A DNA stretch of 63,978 bases, filler included, from Saprolegnia diclina VS20 (taxonomy: Eukaryota), in assembly GCF_000281045.1 (NCBI RefSeq). It is 6 parts of one record of this genome, joined end to end, with 100 filler letters (N's around TTAATTAATTAA, not from the genome) between each part and the next. Parts side by side here need not be neighbours in the genome. Positions count along the whole stretch, not along the records: positions 1 to 18,324 come from NW_008246078.1; positions 18,425 to 31,805 come from NW_008246078.1; 4 more parts are not named here. One strand, given 5' to 3'. The translations under genes and the position numbers were made by a program. Every line of letters begins with the position of its first letter. Within the stretch, counting starts at the first letter, position 1. Under the pieces are notes generated by a model. The model made no database searches and was not told where the DNA came from. It worked only from the letters and a program-made list of their open reading frames with translations. This document shows positions 12,118 to 23,580 of the stretch, piece after piece.

Positions 12118-13581
12118 CTACTTGGTCGGCTCGCCGCTGCAGCCAAAGTGCTTGAAGTTGATCGATTGCCAGTCGGGAATGCGGATCGGGCTCGACTGGT
12201 CGTACACGGCGTTGAGCACCTTGGTCGACGGGCTCGACCCGACCTTCCAAAGCGCCTTGAACGACGAGCTGTAGTCGTCGACGCCGTCGAGGCAGTTTTC
12301 ATAGTAGAGGGTCCGCATCTTGATAATGTCGGCTTCCACGTCGGCGTCGACCGAGTCGCGCGGCGCGGCAGCAAAAACGTCAAGGCGCCAGTTGAGGAGC
12401 GCCTGCGCCGCCGAGTTGTCGGCGATTGGGACCACCGTGTTGGCCACCGTCGTCGTCGTCGTCGTCGTGGCGTTGGCGTCGTCGACCAGGCGGCGGGTGC
12501 CGGCGCGAGGCGTGCCCGAGTTCTGGCAGTTCGTGTACAGGTCCCCGAGGAGACCCGTAAACTCATAGGCGTAGCTATTGCTTCCGAGGTCGTTGGCGTC
12601 CGTGAGGCCATAATAGGCCGACGGAAGACCCTTGAAAAACGCTTGGACGCTCGACTCGCTGTCGACGGCGACCGTCTTGCCGTTGACGACGGCGCGCATC
12701 GTGATGGCCGACGTGGCCGTGATCGGGGCGCCGTTGGCGCGGCAGCCGGCAAACGACATGGCGTGCACCTGCTTCTGCGCGGGGCTGAGACCGAGACCTT
12801 GGACGCGGCACTTGTGGTAAATCGTGTGGAGAGCGTCAACCATCGCATGGTGCGAGTAGAAAACCGGCTCGGTCGGCGAGATGAAGACGTTGTTCATGGC
12901 ACCTGCGAGCGTCCCGTGCATGCTGTTGTGGGGCGACGACTCAATGAGGCGCGTCGTCTCGGCAATGTCCTTGCCGCCAAACACCTGGTTCTTGATGCTG
13001 CTGAAGCCGAGGTCCGGGTTGAACGTCGTCGTCGACCACGGGCCCCGGGGCACACACTTGGTGCAGCTCGCCGTCGACTCGCAAAAGTGGTTGACGGGCT
13101 CGTTCGAAACGCAGCGACCGGCGACCGAGTACCGGCCAATCGGGATCGACTTGTCGACGCCGGCCGAGCCGCCCATGTCCCGCAAAATGGCCGAGCACGA
13201 CTCGATGCTCGAGCATTTTTTGGCACCGTACGCGACGTTGTCTTGGACGTAGTCGTAGTAGGGCAGCGTGACGCAAGCAAACTCGGAGCCCATGCTCCGA
13301 AGCAGGTTCTCGTACCCGAGAAGAAACTTGCGGTGCCAGAAGAGAAAAACACACGTGCCGTGGGCTTCCGTGTTGCTCATCTGCTCCGAATGCATCGAGA
13401 TGAAGCGTTCGTAGAGCGGCGTGTCCATGGCCTTGGCGACCGCCTTCTTGTACGTGGCCTTCTCCGGCACCGAGTAGCGGTTCCACGACTTGCGGACGCG
13501 GGGCGGGCACGTCGGCGTCGACTGCGCCGAGACGGCCGAGAGAAGAAGCGCGAGCGAGAGGAGCGTCGGGGCAGCCACCAT
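12118..13581 (-). CDS. Secreted tyrosinase (type-3 copper protein)
   Basis: Signal peptide MVAAPTLLSLALLLSAVSA; RVRKSW; CuA MH...EAHGTCVFLFWHR; CuB PHNSMHG...SPTEPVFYSHH; C-terminal extension after a Thr-rich linker. Confidence 0.93.
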   Translation of the reverse strand: MVAAPTLLSLALLLSAVSAQSTPTCPPRVRKSWNRYSVPEKATYKKAVAKAMDTPLYERFISMHSEQMSNTEAHGTCVFLFWHRKFLLGYENLLRSMGSEFACVTLPYYDYVQDNVAYGAKKCSSIESCSAILRDMGGSAGVDKSIPIGRYSVAGRCVSNEPVNHFCESTASCTKCVPRGPWSTTTFNPDLGFSSIKNQVFGGKDIAETTRLIESSPHNSMHGTLAGAMNNVFISPTEPVFYSHHAMVDALHTIYHKCRVQGLGLSPAQKQVHAMSFAGCRANGAPITATSAITMRAVVNGKTVAVDSESSVQAFFKGLPSAYYGLTDANDLGSNSYAYEFTGLLGDLYTNCQNSGTPRAGTRRLVDDANATTTTTTTVANTVVPIADNSAAQALLNWRLDVFAAAPRDSVDADVEADIIKMRTLYYENCLDGVDDYSSSFKALWKVGSSPSTKVLNAVYDQSSPIRIPDWQSINFKHFGCSGEPTK

Positions 13582-13611
13582 GATACGAGTTGAGGTGTTG
13601 GACGAGATGAA

Positions 13612-13627
13612 GCGAAATTGAAAATGA
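13612..13627 (-). promoter_or_regulatory. Oomycete Inr+FPR core promoter of the tyrosinase
   Basis: TCATTTTCAATTTCGC about 30 nt upstream of ATG 13581 fits Inr (YCATTYY) plus FPR (MWTTTNC-like). Confidence 0.6.
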
Positions 13628-15139
13628 TTGAGAGCCACGAAATGTGCGCGGTTGGTGTCTTTTTTCCCGAGGCGGCAGCCCGTTTCTGCGCACGCATGGT
13701 ATGTGGCCCTGTCTATGGCTACGCGCCACATGTTGTCCTTGGGTTCAACAAGCGGTCCACAGCAGTCCAGACAAACACCTGTCGACTGGGTGAGTGATCC
13801 TGGGTGTGAAAACACATGTTCTGTGTGGCGAACATCAACGGTGCCTACTAGTACGTCGAGAGGAATGCAATCGTACTGTGCATCGGCGATCACCTTGTGC
13901 GTCAGGTGTCGAGGAGGAGAGTGGATAGTAGCATTAAGTTTTTGCGGTGTTATCACGGTCTTACTCGCGCCTTTAATACGAGCAAGACGAGCTCTCGCGC
14001 CGCTGTCTGCGCAGTCATGACGCAGTGAGCAAGCGATGAAGAAGAAGGTCATTGCTAGTCTCGGCCTACAGTACACGTGTAGGCGAGTGTTTTGCGATGT
14101 GGGAAGTTCAATTTTCAGGTCTGGAATAGCTAAGGTGGGAGACGGGGCTACATTTGAGCAGGGCGACAAGAATGGTGGACTCGCGTGGGTATTGTCGATC
14201 GTGCCCACGTGCGTACCGGTATCGAAGCCGTTGGAGTTTGGTTGGTCGACGCAAGACGTGTAGAGCACCAGCGCTCCAGAATTCGCCACGGAGACAGCAT
14301 CTGCTTTGCTCATATGGGGACTACACCCATCTGGACGCGACTCCATTTTGATTTGTTGACCAACCAAGTCCAAACTAGCTGCAAAAGTTTATCGGCGATG
14401 TCTATGCGACTAGACGTTTTGAGATGCGGCACAAAGTAGCCATGATGACATGACGATGCACGTTGCCACTCGATCAAAAGCGGTGTTGCGTTCCCGCCGT
14501 TCGGGAACGCCCTCGGTCTGCGCATGGAGACTGTGCGAGAATCTGGCATGTGCGGAGATGCGTCGTTTCATAAGCAAAATCAATCGGACTGTTTGTATTT
14601 CGATTTCTAACGTGGTGGACCCTTAGCTCTGTCAGTTTCGTTGCAGAAAGGATTCTCTGCAGTTCTCGCGCATGATGAATTTTCCAAGCCATTTGCCAGC
14701 GACAATCACACGGCCTTATAACAAGTTATCCTACGTGGACACGTACGATATCTGGCTTTTTGTTGCAAGAACAAGACTGCTGAGCACAGGCTGGGTGGTA
14801 CGACCCAGTGGGTGCGACCGCCCAATCGTTCTTACCATCTCCACTTGAACCTAATGATCACATACTATAGTACGTAAGTGTTTATAGCCAAGCTGCACCA
14901 CCTGCCAGGCCGATCCGCCTTCGTCATTTTTTCAAAATATACCATATATCTTCAGTGAATCGGGGAATTCCATCGGCAAGGGGAACCTTTAGCATCGTGA
15001 GAAAGTTCCACCCACATACTACAGTACAATTTCACTGTAGGATTTCTTGATCTGTACTGGCACAATTGTATTACCGTACAAGGTGATCGCCGATGTGCGA
15101 CTCGATTACGTTGCTCGCAAAGAAAGTGCCGTTTCCGGA

Positions 15140-15192
15140 CACATATCACATGTGTTTGGCTGTCACATATCACATGTGTTTCACTGTCACAT
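15140..15192. repeat. 24-bp tandem duplication (about 2.2 copies)
   Basis: cacatatcacatgtgtttggctgt / cacatatcacatgtgtttcactgt / cacat. Confidence 0.85.
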
Positions 15193-15661
15193 GAATTCTA
15201 TGCACAACTTGGCGTCGATTCATCTGAACTCTGGACGGCGGACTGCTTGGTGCAAGAATGTCGTAATAATAATATGCTTCAACTACTCCGTTTGTAGAAG
15301 CTGTGAAAATCTCAACTTTAAAGATGGACCACCATCTCAAAAATCTCGATTTCTCGTGGGTTTGACCGTTCAATCCAACCACTCGTTGATCCGAGTGGTT
15401 TTCCCTCGTAAAAGTTTTTTAGCAAAATTTCACTATACCAGTCTCCATAAAACCAACGTACTAGTAGAGCGAAAAAATTGCCAATAAAAGGCGTGGATAA
15501 GGCAGTCCACTTCCATTCGGGGCTGCCCACCACCGACCAAGCCTGGTATGACGCTGATGTTGAAGCTGTTGCAAACATCGTCCAAGCGGTCGAACAAAGC
15601 GCAATCGATACTAAACATTTATTCGGATTTTACGGTTTTCGTGGCGTCGCGTCGCTGTGCA

Positions 15662-16192
15662 TCACAGGAGAATTGTACAAATACCGAGGAAGAAAAGCAT
15701 TCCGGGCCCAGCAAGGCATAAGATGTCGGCAAACTCGCGACGGAAGAGCAAAGGCATGACAAAGAGACCCTGCGCTTCTGTATGTTTAATCAGCGCCGGC
15801 GAAGTAGACACATAGAGCTGGGTCCACACGGTGGCGCTCCAGAGCACGATCGACCCAAGGCGGGCGAGATGTGGGTGCGAGCCGGCGACTGCCGCCACCA
15901 GCGGCGCCAAAACAACTTCGTACTGCACGGGCATCTCCAGCGCATGGGCCAACGCCAGACCCACAACGCTCATATACAAAGCGGCAACGTACGTGAGAAA
16001 GGGTAGTCGGGTGACCACGGTGTACAAAATGTAGACGCTGCCGACGAGGACCAGCGTGCAGGAGGCGTAGCGCACCAGTAGACTATCCGCAACCGCCACG
16101 AGCGTGGTCGGTGAGGGCAACAGACGATGGAGCTCAGCGATGACGCATTGGTGCCGCACAAGAAAGGCCGCTAGGAACGAGATCCAGTCCAT
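15662..16192 (-). CDS. Small uncharacterised polytopic membrane protein (paralog B)
   Basis: Intronless hydrophobic ORF aligning end to end with 11405-11932. Confidence 0.7.
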   Translation of the reverse strand: MDWISFLAAFLVRHQCVIAELHRLLPSPTTLVAVADSLLVRYASCTLVLVGSVYILYTVVTRLPFLTYVAALYMSVVGLALAHALEMPVQYEVVLAPLVAAVAGSHPHLARLGSIVLWSATVWTQLYVSTSPALIKHTEAQGLFVMPLLFRREFADILCLAGPGMLFFLGICTILL

Positions 16193-16467
16193 GCGGATCC
16201 AATCCAATTCCAAAATGGAGGTTTTAACATGGTTTTTCTTTTATAAATCTCTCTCGTCGATAGACGGAGCAGGGCGCGCACTGTCGACGAATCGTGCAGT
16301 CCTGTCAGTATTTTCCTCCCGAGCCACCCTTCGATCCACTCGCTGTTACCTACTCTGTAGAGCCCTGGCGTTCAACCTAGCCCTTGAGATTGGCCGTTGT
16401 CCCTGCCTCAATGTTGTGTACAGCGTAACGGGACTTTACGATTAAATTAGTCGTGATTTCACGCCCC

Positions 16468-16580
16468 TGCGATAAGGTAATATCTCTCGAGAGCGCAGAA
16501 GACGCGCCAGAAATGAGATCTTAGATATCTCCTTGGGTTATACAAGCCGCTTGCAACCTGTAGTGCCAGTGTACGGCAAT
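16468..16580. repeat. Short non-coding segment homologous (inverted) to about 30875-31035
   Basis: gcgataaggt..ctcgagagcgcag..agaaatgagatct.agatatct..tggg.tatacaag.cgcttgcaac is shared with the reverse complement of 30875-31035. Confidence 0.75.
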
Positions 16581-16696
16581 AATCTTACTGCCGCGTCGAG
16601 AACGTGCACACGCTGTCATCCTCCGTCGCGTTGACCTCGATCTTCCACGCATTTCATATGAAAAACAAATCAATTATGCCAATTAAAACGATATTC

Positions 16697-18324
16697 TTAT
16701 CCCTCCAAGCGACGTACTTCCCGGTGCAACGTCGAGGCGGCTTGCAGCGCGGTGGGTCGAAGCGTCGGGTCTTGCGACATGCACGCCACGCCGAGCTCTT
16801 GGTACCAGGCCGGGCTTGCATGCGAGAAGCTCGGTCGGAACTCGCCGGCCATGACCTTGGCCATGATCGCCGTGTCCGTGTACGGCCGCCCGCTCGCGTT
16901 GCGCAGGTTTGCGTACGGCAGATCGTGCGTGTCGAGCTCGGTGAGGAGCACGCCGAGCGCATAGATATCGGCCGACTCGTCGTAGTGGCCTTCTCGAAGC
17001 ACCTCGGGCGCCATCCAGCGGTACGTGCCAATGCCGGCGGTCATGGTCGCGTCGTCCAGCTCGCGCGAGATGCCAAAGTCCGTGAGCTTGGCCGTCATGT
17101 TGGTGTTGAGGAGTACGTTGCGGGACTTGAGATCGCGGTGCAGCACCTTGGGCTCAAGCGTGTGGAGGTAGACAAGCCCTTGGACGATGTCGAAAGCGAT
17201 CGAGAGCTTGGTCGCCCAAAGCAAACTCTCTTGGCTCTGGAGCACATCGCGGAGGTCGCCGGCGTCCATAAACTCGGTCACGAGCATGACGTCGGTCGGT
17301 CGCGTCCACACGACGCCCACAAAGCCGACAATAAAGGGCGACGACATCCTACGGCATCACGATGAGCCGTCACGATGACAAGGACAAGGATGACATACTT
17401 TGTCATGAGCCGGATCTCGGCGATGAACTTGGCGACGTCATCGGACGACGACTCCTTCTCGGCCGTGAGCTTTTTGAGCGCGACGCGTGCGCCATGCAAT
17501 GTCGCCAGCGACACGACGCCGTAGCCGCCGCTCGCAAGCGTCTTGACAACCGTGACGTCGGCGACCGAGATGCGAAACATCTCCAAGTCGCTCATGTTGA
17601 AGGCGCCGACGTCCGTCGCGGCCACCGCCGGTGTCGTCGATGGCGTCGAGTGCCCAGTCGTCGTGCGCGTTGAGCTTGTGGCGTAGGTCGACGCCGTCGT
17701 GGGCTTGTACGACTGGGTCGCCGCCTGCGTCACTGCGGGGTAGGTATACACGGGGGTCGGCGGTTGGTCGGCGGCCGGTGCTTCATACGCATAGTACTGT
17801 TGCGCCGGCGCAGGGCGCTGGCAACAACACCTGCGGATGGTCACGTATGCAATGACAATGACACTGAGGATGACGCCACCGATGGTGTACATCGAAATCG
17901 AGCTCGTGCCCGACGAATCAACCACATAGCTGGTCGTCGGTGTCGGCGTCGGTGTCATCGTCGTCGTCGTCCATGACAACGGTTGTGTTGTCGGTGTCGT
18001 CGAGTTGGCTGCGGTTGCGCCGCTGGACATGGGCGCTGACGTCGGCGAGGCCGTGACGTCGGTCGGCGGACAAAGCTCATTGTATCGGCTCGTGCCGGCG
18101 GAGCACTCTGCATTCAGTGCCACGCACATCGTTCCGACCGCTGTAAAGCTGAAACACGGGCGCACGCCCGTGCAGACGCAGCGCGAGGTAGTGTCGTAGC
18201 ACCACCCTTTGTACGAGCACGTGCCGACGAGCGGCGCGCAGTAGACAAGCCCGGCGCCGTTGTCGCGCGCGCGATCGCCGGCCACGCACTCCTTGTTGAC
18301 CGGGTCGTAGCATGGCGCCTCCTG
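16697..18324 (-). CDS. TKL receptor-like kinase with Cys-rich ectodomain, Ser/Thr stalk and TM; 5' end cut by scaffold end
   Basis: Cys-rich segment, T/P-rich stalk, TM IGGVILSVIVIAYVTI followed by RR; kinase motifs GGYGVV, VALK, HRDLKSRN, DFG, WMAPE; one intron near 17348-17398. Confidence 0.9.
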
Positions 18325-18424
18325 NNNNNNNNNNNNNNNNNNNNNNNNNNNNNNNNNNNNNNNNNNNNTTAATTAATTAANNNNNNNNNNNNNNNNNNNN
18401 NNNNNNNNNNNNNNNNNNNNNNNN
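18325..18424. other. Artificial scaffold spacer (N44-TTAATTAATTAA-N44)
   Basis: 100-nt linker with stops in all six frames, identical at five positions. Confidence 0.97.
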
Positions 18425-18749
18425 AATTCGTCCATCCGCCCTGATAATTCGTCCGGATGGGCGAATAAACAGCTCAGATTAGGCTCAAATCCGCCAAAAA
18501 CGCTGATTATCACAATACCATGCACCCTTCTCTTTTAGCCTTCTGGCGGTATCTATCAAGTTGATACATTTGCTGACGGTTTCACATATAATTTCGGTCC
18601 ATTGGTATGATTGCAGGGTCGAGAGCATGGTAATGAACAACCAAATTTGTCGTCAACGATCGTTGAAAAACGAATGCAACAATGGAAAGTACTTGCATTA
18701 TTGCCCGTTATCACACTGCGATCGATAACGACAGTCGGCGCTAAGCGCA

Positions 18750-20333
18750 CTAGGGCGTGACCTTGACGTCGCCGCGGCAGTGGTACGTCTGCTCGTTGAT
18801 CGCCGTCCACTTGTCGAGCGGGAGCTTGATCGGGTTGGCGCCGCTCTGGATCGACTCGAGGAGCATGAGGTCGTGCGACTTCATGTTCTCCTCATTTGGT
18901 TGCGGTGGATCTTGGCAAATTTATCGTAGTGGCCCTTGTTCATCGCGGTCTCGATCGCCTTGTTGTACGTCGCTTTCTCAGCCTTCGTGTACNNNNNNNN
19001 NNNNNNNNNNNNNNNNNNNNNNNNNNNNNNNNNNNNNNNNNNNNNNNNNNNNNNNNNNNNNNNNNNNNNNNNNNNNNNNNNNNNNNNNNNNNNNNNNNNN
19101 NNNNNNNNNNNNNNNNNNNNNNNNNNNNNNNNNNNNNNNNNNNNNNNNNNNNNNNNNNNNNNNNNNNNNNNNNNNNNNNNNNNNNNNNNNNNNNNNNNNN
19201 NNNNNNNNNNNNNNNNNNNNNNNNNNNNNNNNNNNNNNNNNNNNNNNNNNNNNNNNNNNNNNNNNNNNNNNNNNNNNNNNNNNNNNNNNNNNNNNNNNNN
19301 NNNNNNNNNNNNNNNNNNNNNNNNNNNNNNNNNNNNNNNNNNNNNNNNNNNNNNNNNNNNNNNNNNNNNNNNNNNNNNNNNNNNNNNNNNNNNNNNNNNN
19401 NNNNNNNNNNNNNNNNNNNNNNNNNNNNNNNNNNNNNNNNNNNNNNNNNNNNNNNNNNNNNNNNNNNNNNNNNCGGGGCCGCCGTCGTAGGAGCAGCGGT
19501 CTTCGGTGCAGCCGTCGTAGGAGCAGCAGTCGTCGGGGCAGCAGTCGTCAATGCAGCCGTGGTTGGTGCAGCCGTCGTCGGGGAAAGTGTTGGTGTCGTC
19601 GTCACCTGAGCGTAGCAGACTTGGCACCGGGGGAGAATGTCTTGGCACCCTTCTTGTTTTTAAGCCAGCATGTGCCGCCTTCGTGATCGTTCCAGACGTA
19701 GAGCTGACAGCCTGGCGTGTTCTTGCAGTCGTCGCAGCAGTTGTCGGCCGTCGCACGGGCCGTGCGACCAATGTCATTGCCCCAATAGTCGACATTGTCT
19801 TCGACGACGTTGCAGTCCGATACGGGCGAAAGCGTAGCAGACACCGCACCAAAGTAGAAGCCCTTGGCGCCTTGCTCGCTCTTGAGCCAGCACGTTCCGC
19901 CTTCGTGGCCGTTCCAGACAAAGAGGCGGCAGCCCGGCGTCGCCTCGCAGTCGGCGCAGCAGTCGGACGCCGACGCCCGGGCCGTGCGACCCACGTCGTT
20001 GCCCCAGTAGTCGACATGCTCTTCGACGGCAGGGCACTGGCTCGGCACGGTGATGTCGTTGATAACCGAGGCCTTGGCGCCAGGGAAGTACGTCTTGGCA
20101 CCCATCTTGCTCTTGAGCCAGCAAGTACCGCCTTCGTGCACGTTCCAGACAAAGAGGCGGCAGCCCGGCGTGTTCTTGCAGTCAGCACAGCAGTCGTCGG
20201 CCGACGAGCGCGCCGTACGACCCACGTCGTTACCCCAGAAGTCGACGTTGGCTTCCATGGGTGCGCACGTGGGCAACGCTGTCGTCGCGCGGAGCGCAAG
20301 GGCCAGGACACCGGCAAGCACCGATGTATGCAT
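18750..20333 (-). pseudogene. 3xPAN/Apple + TAP linker + tyrosinase gene, disrupted as assembled (frameshift near 19605, internal deletion near 18890)
   Basis: Signal peptide, three (D/N)VD(F/Y)WGND...CC.DC...PGC.LFVWN.HEGGTCWLK repeats, then TGA; the TTAAP linker continues in another frame; tyrosinase N-terminal FAKIHRNQM is joined directly to C-terminal ENMKSHDLMLL...CRGDVKVTP*. Confidence 0.7.
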
Positions 20334-20835
20334 GATCAACAAAGACGTTAAGTGAGCGATACACAAAAGCAAGCCCGTTTGTTGTAGCCAGGACCACGGC
20401 GCAAGTTCGACGCAGCGACAGCCGTCGAATGGCTTGCGCCAGACGCCAAGCTGCTGTCTCGTAGTTTACGCATTTCATGCGAATAGAAAACCCAAGTATG
20501 CCGCGATCACAACCACGAGCTGGCGCCAAATAGGCCAGGCTGATAGAGGGTACGTACTGCGCTATCGCAATGGGAGCAGCGCAGTGTACATTGAGGTCGT
20601 AATGCAACGCACCCCAAGCAATTGATGCTTGGTACGTCGCAGCTCCTATGCCTGCAAGCGACATGGTGTTGTCAACACGTCTGACGAGAAAATTTGCTAT
20701 AACGTTATCTTGACTTTTGGTGCCACCACGAGATGGTAAACTTCCCCGTTATAGTAAATTTCTTTGCGTGCTGAAATTCGTAGTTCTACACGCTCGGCTA
20801 CTCGAACGCAATTGTCGAGTGCTAGACGCACTCGT

Positions 20836-20930
20836 AGACGTACGTGTATCCGCTTCATGCACCCACCACCTGTGCAAACGTCTACCGCACGATGAATCGA
20901 GAGACAACCCCGCGCAACTAAAAGTATGTA
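20836..20930. repeat. 95-bp exact duplicate of 21978-22072, probable assembly overlap
   Basis: Identical sequence at the edges of two N gaps. Confidence 0.85.
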
Positions 20931-21030
20931 NNNNNNNNNNNNNNNNNNNNNNNNNNNNNNNNNNNNNNNNNNNNNNNNNNNNNNNNNNNNNNNNNNNNNN
21001 NNNNNNNNNNNNNNNNNNNNNNNNNNNNNN

Positions 21031-21271
21031 CGCCTCTAACATTGCATCGCACAGCCGGTCAAAAACATGACTTGTTCTGTCTCAAGGACAAGACTGCAAC
21101 GTGTGGAAATGACAGGAAAATGCAATTGCGTAGTCGCTTCGCGCAGCGCTTGGCAAGAGCCTCCATGAGACGAAAACGGTTGATCGCCACCTTGCTGTCG
21201 TGAGCGGCCGTCGTTCAGCAACGAAAACTACTCTCATTTTGTAGCAACATTTTAGTCCCTTGTTTGTGTAT
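21031..21271. repeat. Near-identical copy of 22667-22913 (alternative haplotype or paralog)
   Basis: Same sequence apart from a few SNPs and a 6-bp indel; switches abruptly into tyrosinase coding sequence at 21272. Confidence 0.85.
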
Positions 21272-21769
21272 GTCGACGATGACGGCGTCTTCGCGGTTGT
21301 TGGTGACGACGTTGTCGCAGTTGGTGAGCATGTCCTTGAGGAACCCGCTCATCTCGTAGTTGTAGCTGAACTTGCCGAGCTGCGTCACGTCCGAGAGGTC
21401 GTAGTACTTGTTAGGGACATCGGCAAACCATGCCTGGGTGGCCGGCGTCTCGTCGACGTTCTGGCCCGGGACGTCTTCGACAGCGAGCATGTTGACGACC
21501 GAGTATCGATCAACGTCTCGTCCGTTGCGCACCGAGCAGCTCGAAAAGACTTTGGGGTCGTTCTTCGGGAGACCTTTGGCGCGGCACTCAAAGAAGATGG
21601 TGTGGAGGAGATCGATGAGTGCGTGGTGCGACCAGAACATGGGTTCCTTGGGCGACGACGCCGTTAGCATGTCACCGCCGAGCAAGTTGTGGACCGAGTT
21701 GTGGACACGACCTTCGATACTGCTGCTCGCATCGGCGAGCGTCTTCGACCGACCGGACGGCAGCACCGT
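21215..21769 (-). CDS. Tyrosinase CuB-half fragment, C-terminally truncated
   Basis: TVLPSGRSKTLADASSSIEGRVHNSVHNLLGGDM..SPKEPMFWSHH; its start matches the 24369-26576 gene just before that gene's N gap. Confidence 0.75.
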   Translation of the reverse strand, partial: TVLPSGRSKTLADASSSIEGRVHNSVHNLLGGDMLTASSPKEPMFWSHHALIDLLHTIFFECRAKGLPKNDPKVFSSCSVRNGRDVDRYSVVNMLAVEDVPGQNVDETPATQAWFADVPNKYYDLSDVTQLGKFSYNYEMSGFLKDMLTNCDNVVTNNREDAVIVDIHKQGTKMLLQNESSFRC

Positions 21770-23299
21770 NNNNNNNNNNNNNNNNNNNNNNNNNNNNNNN
21801 NNNNNNNNNNNNNNNNNNNNNNNNNNNNNNNNNNNNNNNNNNNNNNNNNNNNNNNNNNNNNNNNNNNNNNNNNNNNNNNNNNNNNNNNNNNNNNNNNNNN
21901 NNNNNNNNNNNNNNNNNNNNNNNNNNNNNNNNNNNNNNNNNNNNNNNNNNNNNNNNNNNNNNNNNNNNNNNNNNNNNAGACGTACGTGTATCCGCTTCAT
22001 GCACCCACCACCTGTGCAAACGTCTACCGCACGATGAATCGAGAGACAACCCCGCGCAACTAAAAGTATGTACAGTCGAAGCTGTCTAATTGCATAGTGG
22101 ATAATTTATACATCTGAGAGGTATATTAATTGTGCAAGGTAAGAAATATAAAGCCCATGAATAATATTTTTTTTGTGATGATCAAAACTGGTCGCATTCA
22201 AGAGCGGAGTTGAATATCTAAACGACCTCATCATCCTCGTCGACGTAGCTCACGAAGTCGCAAATCTGGTCGATTGTGAGGTACCCCAAGAGCGTCAAGT
22301 CGTCCGTTTCGCCAGAGTCAACGTACTCTGCAGCTGAGGGCACGTCGAAGACAAAACCTCTTGCACGAGCTCCGACAGCGAGCATCTTCATTGCTGCGCC
22401 AAGCTCGTCCATCTCCGTAACTGGGTTGGACACGGCGCGCTTGGTACTGGGTAGGATCTGCGTGTGGCGGCTTCTTGGTCATTCGGCGGGTTGCTTTGCG
22501 GATCAAATGGTTGGCTGCGTGAATCAAATTTATTTTATTACGTTTTGAGCTGTAAAAAATCAAGGTCGGACGGTATCACACTGGAGAGGAATATCGAGTT
22601 TCGGGATATGCAATTAGACAGCTTCGACTGTAATGTGAAGACAGATTTGTTTGGACTTTTGGACGTCGCCTCTAACATTGCATCGCACAGCCGGTCAAAA
22701 ACATGACTTGTTCTGTCTCAAGGACAAGACTGCAACGTGTGGAAATGGCAGGAAAATGCAATTGCGTACTAGTAGTAGCTTCGCACAACGCTTGGCAAGA
22801 GCCTCCATGAGACGAAAACGATTCATTGCCACCTTGCTGTCGTGAGCGGCCGTCGTTCAGCAACGAAAACTACTCTCATTTTGTAGCAACATTTTAGTCC
22901 CTTGTTTGTGTATCCACAACGATAAACATCTGCTAAGATGTTGGTGATAGACATTCCATGTAAACCACGAATTTGTGCTGTTGCATGTCACGAACGGTGC
23001 CAAACAATGACTCAACAATGCTCTGGCTGTTGTTAAACCATCGCTTGAAGTGTCGACAGCGCCACAGGACGACACACCAACACGATCAAGTAAAGCTCAC
23101 TACCTGCTTGGAGAGTCTACCCTTGGGCGCGGGTCCTCGCGAGGTATCTGTTTAATTATGTTTTCATCTCTGTATAATGTTGATTTCGCACAGAGAGGGC
23201 GATGCGTTCTACGACGGGCTGAACACTACATCGTATAGAGCACCACGCGCCGCGACCTAAGTATTGATTCCTTGAGCAACTTGAATGCAAAGATCAAAC

Positions 23300-23580
23300 A
23301 ACGACGCAGTTCGTCATTTTCTCGCGCTAAAAAGCTCGCATGGCGACGCCACATAGCATTTCGTACTCTCCAAAGTGTCTTTTATCACTTTGGTAAGTAT
23401 GAGCGATTTCATTTTCCGACGTGATTTGGCCGATCGCGCGACGCGCGCTCGCCGTGGTGCGCCAAACGTGGCTATTTATGGCAATTCATGGTTAATTGTG
23501 GCACATACCACAAATAATCATTCGCCCGCCAGTCACCGCTCCATGGACAACGATGCAGTTTATGATCCGCAATGCTACGA
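23300..23580 (-). repeat. Dispersed non-coding repeat, possible non-autonomous element; copy at about 40420-40700
   Basis: Shared gtcgcgcgatcggccaaatcacgt..gaaaatgaaatcgctc.tacttacca...gaaatgctatgtggc.tcgcc.tgcgagct in opposite orientation. Confidence 0.75.

Noticed and set aside
12094..13593. 499-aa antisense ORF, and similar ones over the DUS, GST and kinase genes
   Set aside because: Expected shadow ORFs of GC3-rich genes; no domain features
13582..14373. 264-aa N-terminal extension of the 751-aa tyrosinase ORF
   Set aside because: Non-ATG start, no coding bias; signal peptide and Inr/FPR place the true start at 13581
18369..18380. TTAATTAATTAA recurring five times as a biological motif
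   Set aside because: Always centred in exactly 44+44 Ns; an artificial six-frame-stop scaffold linker
18426..18466. Imperfect hairpin at scaffold start (another near 15377-15400)
   Set aside because: Short and single copy in this window; no supporting element boundaries
19596..19612. Programmed frameshift or stop readthrough between the PAN domains and the linker
   Set aside because: It needs a -1 shift but there is no slippery heptamer; readthrough stays in the wrong frame; the downstream enzyme is also deleted
22218..22433. Acidic ORF resembling a pogo-type transposase C-terminus
   Set aside because: No DDE core or TIRs visible; resemblance too weak without a search
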